This document shows, in pieces, positions 58,840 to 64,000 of a DNA stretch of 64,000 nt. Position 1 is the first letter of the stretch. Each line of letters starts with the position of its first letter. The DNA lies in contig CAVUAK010000001.1 of NCBI GenBank assembly GCA_963739455.1, positions 2,400,001-2,464,000 of the forward strand. The letters run 5' to 3'. This stretch comes from an uncultured Gemmatimonadales bacterium (GTDB lineage Bacteria > Gemmatimonadota > Gemmatimonadetes > Gemmatimonadales > GWC2-71-9). The position numbers were made by a program, and so were the translations under genes. The notes beneath the pieces were generated by a model. That model was not told the origin of the DNA. It ran no database searches and saw only the letters and a program-made list of their open reading frames with translations.

Positions 58840-59877
58840 ATGTCACGCCGAAGTGTTGTACCGGTCCTGTTCCTCATGGCCATCGCGTGGCCTGTCTTCG
58901 CGCAGGAGAGCGCCGCGAGTGCCCCTGCCGCTGATTCCGCCGCTCCGGCTCCCAAGAAGAAGGGCATGTTCGGCAAGCTCAAGTCGATCGCGGGCAACAA
59001 GACCGTCCAGAGCGTCGCCAAGGTGGCGGCCTGCACCATGGTTCCCGGGGGACAGTTCGTCGCCGGGGCCATCGATGCGGCGGGGCACCCCGATGCCGGC
59101 GGCGTGGCGGCAGGCGTCGCGGGCGGTGCTACCGGCGCGGCGTGCGGCATGGGCGGCATCGGCACCGGTGTGGGCGGTGCCGCGGTTGCCGGCGCGGGCA
59201 TGACCGGCGTTCCCGGAATGGCCGGCGCCGCGTCGAGCGTTCCGGGTCTTGCGGGTGTGGGCGGGGCGAGCGTCAGCACCGCCGCAGCAGTTGCCTCCGC
59301 GGCGACGATGACCGCCGCGATGTTTGCCAAGCCGGGAGGTGGTGGCGGAGATCCGTCAGGTGCGCCGGGCACGCTGTCGGCGAAGGACGAGAAGAAGATG
59401 CGGTCCATGCTCAAGAAGCAGGGACTGACCGACGAGCAGATCGAGCAGTCGATGGCGGCCCAGAAGCAGAACGGCCAGCCGCAGGCCGTCGCCGTACAGC
59501 AGGGCCCCGCGCCTGTCGCTGCCCCGGTGGCACAGCCGGTCGGGCTCCCCGAGGACTACGACGCCCAGCTCAAGGCAGGGAAGCTCGTCCTCATCGACCT
59601 GCCGTGGAAAGGCGCCACGGCCGACCTCATCGTCGGCACCGAGGATGGCGTAAAGGTGACCTTCCTCAAGATCGTGGAGTCGCTCAGCTACACCCAGGGC
59701 ACCTATCACGTCGACGTCTACGTCACCGAGCCCGACAAGGGTGTGGCCGCGTCGCGCGCCAGCGCCATCGTTGTCTTCCTGACCAACGCCGGCCTGCCCG
59801 CCGAGGAAAAGCTCGGTGGCAAGGCCACAACCGCCGCGCGGAGCAAGCAGGCCCGCGTCGAGCTGGTGAGGAACTGA
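58840..59877 (+). CDS. Exported Gly/Ala-rich protein, possible degenerate OmpA-like C-terminus
   Basis: AAGGAG RBS; signal peptide; ends ASRASAIVVFL...QARVELV. Confidence 0.7.
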   Translation: MSRRSVVPVLFLMAIAWPVFAQESAASAPAADSAAPAPKKKGMFGKLKSIAGNKTVQSVAKVAACTMVPGGQFVAGAIDAAGHPDAGGVAAGVAGGATGAACGMGGIGTGVGGAAVAGAGMTGVPGMAGAASSVPGLAGVGGASVSTAAAVASAATMTAAMFAKPGGGGGDPSGAPGTLSAKDEKKMRSMLKKQGLTDEQIEQSMAAQKQNGQPQAVAVQQGPAPVAAPVAQPVGLPEDYDAQLKAGKLVLIDLPWKGATADLIVGTEDGVKVTFLKIVESLSYTQGTYHVDVYVTEPDKGVAASRASAIVVFLTNAGLPAEEKLGGKATTAARSKQARVELVRN

Positions 59878-59879
59878 TC

Positions 59880-60086
59880 ATGGATCGCCTGAATCGCTGG
59901 CTCCCGTGGCTCCTCGCAGCCTTGCTGGTGCTTGCATCGCTCCACGTACCGGCGGCCCATGCTGACGCGGCGTGGCCGGGTAACGCGGCGGACTGCGGTC
60001 TCGTGCCGCTCCCTCCATCGGCGGCGTTCCCGGGACACCAGCCGTCGCCAGGGAAGTGCAGTGGTCACCGGGTCCTCGAGCCGTGA
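59880..60086 (+). CDS. Small exported peptide (68 aa)
   Basis: GAGGA RBS; MDRLNRWLPWLLAALLVLASLHVPAAHA signal; two Cys. Confidence 0.45.
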   Translation: MDRLNRWLPWLLAALLVLASLHVPAAHADAAWPGNAADCGLVPLPPSAAFPGHQPSPGKCSGHRVLEP

Positions 60087-60217
60087 GGCTCGCTGCCACG
60101 GCTGGACTCAATCTCGGCGGGATCGGGCAGGTAACAACGCAGGGTCTGGCGGGGCTCTACCGTAACTTCCATGTAACATCGATGTAACGACGCCCTGTTT
60201 CTGGGGCCGACAGCCGG

Positions 60218-60706
60218 CTATTTCGCCCGGATGCCGGTTGGCTCGATGACGGTTATCGGGCGACCAAGTGCCCGTCCGAGCGAGTCTGCCAGCCGGCGCG
60301 CCGTCGCCTTGTCGACCATCCCGCTCACCATGACCTTGTTCAGCGAGTCGGTGGCACTCACCGGCGCCACCACACTGACCGGAAAGCCCACTCCCGTCAG
60401 GCGCGACGCGAGCGCCTCCGCGTCCTTCTTGTTGGTGAAGGCAGCGACCTGCAGCAGCCACTCCTTGAGCGGCGGCAACGGCTTGGGCGACCCCGGCCGG
60501 GGATCACCCTTGGGCCACGCCGGTGCCGACACGAACACCGTATCCGCGCTCGGCTTCGGTGCGCGCGCCCGATACGCCACCAGTGCAGCGCCCACTGCCG
60601 CGACGACGAACAGCAGGCCCAGGATGATCACCGCGCCCTTCCGCCGGCGCTGCGACTGGTCCTGCGCCTGCTCTTCCGATTCTGCTGGGACGACGACGCG
60701 AGGCAC
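60218..60706 (-). CDS. SPOR-domain membrane protein
   Basis: TM then WLLQVAAFTNKKDAEALASRL. Confidence 0.75.
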   Translation of the reverse strand: MPRVVVPAESEEQAQDQSQRRRKGAVIILGLLFVVAAVGAALVAYRARAPKPSADTVFVSAPAWPKGDPRPGSPKPLPPLKEWLLQVAAFTNKKDAEALASRLTGVGFPVSVVAPVSATDSLNKVMVSGMVDKATARRLADSLGRALGRPITVIEPTGIRAK

Positions 60707-60714
60707 GATGGCTC

Positions 60715-61368
60715 CTATCGACCGGGCGGTACGACGACTGACTTCACGCCGAGCGTGCGGGCCAGCGAGTCTGATGCCTGCCGCGCCGTCTCGGCGCTGG
60801 TCAGGCCCTGCACTCGCACCAGATACAGCTCCGACGCGCCACGTCGCTGCGGGATCACCGCCGCGGTGTAGCCCAGGTTCGATGCCCGATCGCGAAGCTT
60901 GTTCGCATTCGCCTCGGACCCGAAGGCGCCGATCTGCACCGCGTATCCGCTTCCTGATGCCGCAGCTGGAGCGGGTGTGGTGGGTGATGCCGCGCGCGGT
61001 GTCGTCGTGTCGTTCTTGAGCACCGGCGGCGTCACGTTCGTGACCCGCCGCGTGGGCGTGGCCGCGACTGCGGGTGGCGTGGCGACTAGAGCCGGGGCCG
61101 GAGCTGGAGCCGGGGCGGGGGTACTAGGCGTATCGACAACTGCCGCGGGCTCCGCAGCGGGTGCGGAGTCCGGGGTCACCACTGCCGGTGCCGACTGCGC
61201 CGATGTCGTGTCCGGCTTCAGCACTCCCGCCAGGTCCGACACCTTGGTGTGACCGATGTCGAGCAGCATCCGCGCGACGAAGGCGAGAATGACCAGTCCG
61301 GCTCCCGCCACGATCAACCATCGGTTGGCACTGCTGCCGCCGCTGCTCCGGTGACTCGACTCGAACAT
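60715..61368 (-). CDS. SPOR-domain membrane protein
   Basis: TM, Pro/Ala linker, YAVQIGAFGSEANANKL...YLVRV. Confidence 0.8.
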   Translation of the reverse strand: MFESSHRSSGGSSANRWLIVAGAGLVILAFVARMLLDIGHTKVSDLAGVLKPDTTSAQSAPAVVTPDSAPAAEPAAVVDTPSTPAPAPAPAPALVATPPAVAATPTRRVTNVTPPVLKNDTTTPRAASPTTPAPAAASGSGYAVQIGAFGSEANANKLRDRASNLGYTAAVIPQRRGASELYLVRVQGLTSAETARQASDSLARTLGVKSVVVPPGR

Positions 61369-61476
61369 CCCGCCTCCTGTGACGTACCGACCCCGGCCGA
61401 CCCCTAGATGCCGGCGGGGCTGCCGCTAAGTTTACGTGGGTGTACCGCCGCGTGTAACGCCGTGCGAGGAGGTCCC

Positions 61477-61839
61477 ATGGGGGTGAAGTTCCTGCTGGTC
61501 CCGGTGGCGCTGGTCATCCCCGCTGCCCTGTCGGCCCAGCAAGCCGGGATTACCGGTACCTGGGTGGCCAAGGTGAAGTCGAAGGACGGTCCGCAGCAGG
61601 TCATCATCCGCTCCGATTCGAGCGCCAGCTGGGGCAAGGAGACGGTGCGCTGGCGCTGGCCGTCGCCCACCGAGATCAAGATCCTGCTCGGCGGCGAGTG
61701 GGAGACCTACAGCATCGAGCTCAAGGGCGACAAGATGAAGCTCTCCGGCGAGGAGCTCGACGAGCCGGTGACGCTCAAGCGCGTGGGCCCGCCCAGTGCC
61801 CGTCCCGACTCGGTGAAGATTCCCGCCGACCCGGGCTGA
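61477..61839 (+). CDS. Small exported beta-rich hypothetical protein
   Basis: AGGAGG RBS; signal peptide; ITGTW motif. Confidence 0.7.
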   Translation: MGVKFLLVPVALVIPAALSAQQAGITGTWVAKVKSKDGPQQVIIRSDSSASWGKETVRWRWPSPTEIKILLGGEWETYSIELKGDKMKLSGEELDEPVTLKRVGPPSARPDSVKIPADPG

Positions 61840-61856
61840 CCGCCCGTCCTTCGCTC

Positions 61857-62672
61857 CTAGATGGCGAGGGCCATCTGCACCCCGTCAGAGCGCGTCAGCC
61901 GGAGCGGACCCACGGGGTCGTCCTGCCGCGCGACACTCACCACCCCCTTGAAGCCCTTCCGCTTGAGCGCCGTCTCCACCGTCGTCCGAGCCAGTTCCTC
62001 GTTGTTGCAACGCTGGCTCAGGTGCGCCAGCAGCACCGTGCCCAGCCCCGGGTGGAGGGACTCGATCAGGAGATCCGCGGCCGCGCGATTGGAGAGGTGA
62101 CCCGCCGATCCCGCGATCCGCTGCTGCACCGACGGCGGATACCCGCTGGTGCGGAGCAGGATCTCGTCGTGGTTCGCCTCGAGGATCACTGCGGTGAGCT
62201 CGCGCAGCAGCAGTCGCACCGCTGCTGTGGGACGACCCAGGTCGTACGCGATCCCGATCTTCACCCCGTCGAGCGCTTCCACCGCCACCGCGAGCGGTTC
62301 CGTCGCGTCGTGCGCGATGGGACAGCCCCACACCGTGAACGGCCCGACTTCCACGCGCAGCGCGCTCCCGATCGCGCGATGCGCCGCACCCTCAGTCCCC
62401 GACTTGGTGAGCGCGCGCCAGGTGCCCGGTGACGTCAGCACCGGGGCGCCATGCCGCGCCGCAAGACGCAGTGCACCCGACGCATGATCCCCATGCTCGT
62501 GCGTGAGCGCCACGCCCACGAGGCCGGCGAGATCGATCCCGGCACGCTCGGCGCGCTTGGTGATTTCCTTGGCGCTGAACCCGGCATCGATGAGGAGGAC
62601 CGCGCCCTCGCACTCGAGGACAAAGCAATTCCCCCGCGATCCCGATCCGAGCGCAATAAGGCTGGTCGTCAC
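61857..62672 (-). CDS. MBL-fold metallo-hydrolase (YycJ/WalJ-like)
   Basis: LGSGSRGN, IDAG, THEHGDH, HD, LEANHD, GHLSN, AHLS. Confidence 0.88.
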   Translation of the reverse strand: MTTSLIALGSGSRGNCFVLECEGAVLLIDAGFSAKEITKRAERAGIDLAGLVGVALTHEHGDHASGALRLAARHGAPVLTSPGTWRALTKSGTEGAAHRAIGSALRVEVGPFTVWGCPIAHDATEPLAVAVEALDGVKIGIAYDLGRPTAAVRLLLRELTAVILEANHDEILLRTSGYPPSVQQRIAGSAGHLSNRAAADLLIESLHPGLGTVLLAHLSQRCNNEELARTTVETALKRKGFKGVVSVARQDDPVGPLRLTRSDGVQMALAI

Positions 62673-63835
62673 CGGACGGAGAGTCGCTGGAAGATGGCGA
62701 CCAGTGACGCGCGACGCTCATCCGTCACCGCGATGTCCCGGCGCGGCATGACCCGCTCCGCGATGCGGAGGAAACCTTCCTCCGTGAGCTTGACGTCGCC
62801 GCTCGCACCCCACGAAAACGGGGGCACATACTTGCCGAGCCCGTCACCAAAGACGTTTGCACCCGCACCTACGACGGTACCCGTCGCCAGCATCGTGCCG
62901 ATCGCGGTCTTCGCGTGGTCGCCGATCAGGCTGCCGAGGAACTGGCGACCGGTATCCACCGTGGTGCCGGCCATCGAGAGACGCACCGTCCCATAGGTGT
63001 TCTTCAGGTTCGACGTCGTGGTGCCGGCACCGAGGTTGACCCAGCGGCCGATCACGCTGTGCCCCACGAATCCGTCGTGCCCCTTGTTTGCATATCCGTG
63101 AAAAATGGTCGAGCTCACCTCGCCGCGAACCACCGATCGCGGTCCGAGGATGGAGGCCCGCACGAAGCCGCCCAGCACCCGCGCGCCGGGCCCCACGTAG
63201 CACGGCCCCTCGAGCCTCGTGCCGCTCCGCACTTCGGCACCGCGGTCGATCACCACCGCGCCATGTCGCACGTCGAAGACGACACCGGGCTCGATGTCCG
63301 CGCCCGACGACCTGACCCGGGCGACGTCGCCCAGCACGATGGTGTTCCCGGGAAGGAGGTCGGCCGGGCCCGTGAGGAAATCGGCGCAGTCATGCTCCAG
63401 CAGCGCTTCCAGCGCCGTGACCAGGTCAAAGGACCCGCGCAGCAGCATCCCGTCGATTTCCTGCGACGCGCCGAGCAGGTCGGCGTGCCACGGCTCTCCC
63501 TCGGGAATGATCCACGCCACCGTCACGCCATTCGACGTCAGCCTTCGCACTTCTGCGCCGAGTGACATGCGGGTGCCGGCCGGCGCAAAGTCGCTGCGCG
63601 CCACGATGACCGGCCCGCGGATGCCCGCGGGCGAGCGCGACTCCGGTGTGTCGATTTCGATGAACCCCAGTGATGACTCGCCCAGGATCGCGCTGGTGGC
63701 GACGCCGAGCACCGCCTCCCAGCGCTCGCGGATGCGCCACAGCCCGGCGCGCAGCTCGCAGATCGGCCGCGCGCCGTGAAACGGTGCCCACGCGATGGCA
63801 TCGTCCGGCTCCAGCAGGACGAGCGGCGAGGTCAT
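62669..63835 (-). CDS. GlmU-related sugar-nucleotidyltransferase-like/hexapeptide-repeat protein
   Basis: RPICELRAG, left-handed beta-helix repeats, NKGHDGFVGHSVIGRWVNLGAGTTTSNLKNTY. Confidence 0.82.
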   Translation of the reverse strand: MTSPLVLLEPDDAIAWAPFHGARPICELRAGLWRIRERWEAVLGVATSAILGESSLGFIEIDTPESRSPAGIRGPVIVARSDFAPAGTRMSLGAEVRRLTSNGVTVAWIIPEGEPWHADLLGASQEIDGMLLRGSFDLVTALEALLEHDCADFLTGPADLLPGNTIVLGDVARVRSSGADIEPGVVFDVRHGAVVIDRGAEVRSGTRLEGPCYVGPGARVLGGFVRASILGPRSVVRGEVSSTIFHGYANKGHDGFVGHSVIGRWVNLGAGTTTSNLKNTYGTVRLSMAGTTVDTGRQFLGSLIGDHAKTAIGTMLATGTVVGAGANVFGDGLGKYVPPFSWGASGDVKLTEEGFLRIAERVMPRRDIAVTDERRASLVAIFQRLSVR

Positions 63836-64000
63836 GGCAGGTCGCGAATGGCGGGGGGAAGGGCGTCGAGCAGCTGCTTGAGGTCGGCGGCCCGGCTCCG
63901 GTGCGTCACCAGGATCCGGCCGTTGGCGCGCACCACGATCAGGTCGGTCACGTCACTCACGACGATCGGTTCGCCGTCACTCCACACGATGCAGTCGGAT
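63832..64000 (-). CDS. 3' end of a probable mannose-1-phosphate guanylyltransferase (partial)
   Basis: SDCIVWSDGEPIVVSDVTDLIVVRANGRILVTHRSRAADLKQLL; stop overlaps the next ATG. Confidence 0.6.
   Translation of the reverse strand, partial: SDCIVWSDGEPIVVSDVTDLIVVRANGRILVTHRSRAADLKQLLDALPPAIRDLP

Overview
High-GC bacterial chromosomal window. The gene repertoire (ECF sigma plus Ser/Thr kinase, BTAD-TPR regulators, Ig-repeat lipoproteins) suggests Gemmatimonadota, which is an inference. Many genes carry single-base indels that look like long-read consensus errors. In order it holds: a MacAB-like ABC exporter; an integrase-less integron cassette array (attI-like site plus four cassettes with attC sites, one encoding an Mrr-type nuclease); membrane ORFs and a degenerate HigBA toxin-antitoxin locus; an erythromycin-esterase-family gene; an MprF-like synthase with AcvB/VirJ; an aldo-keto reductase, methyltransferase, AraC, DinB-like and DUF2254 genes; groES-groEL with CIRCE and a sigma-54-like promoter; a cluster of paralogous lipoproteins; two SARP/BTAD-TM-TPR regulators; an ECF-kinase pair; a TonB receptor with exported SnoaL-like proteins; a ~13.9 kb (~4,600 aa) DUF11-repeat adhesin gene ending in a large probable beta-barrel and coupled to an OmpA-like gene; two SPOR genes; and housekeeping genes. 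The most notable signals are the cassette array, the adhesin-barrel-OmpA unit, and three recurring cis-motifs read from the DNA: 11-bp-phased TGATC boxes beside both SARP-like regulators, a shared candidate ECF promoter ahead of paralogous lipoprotein genes, and an 18-bp NarL/LuxR-like palindrome in five intergenic sites.
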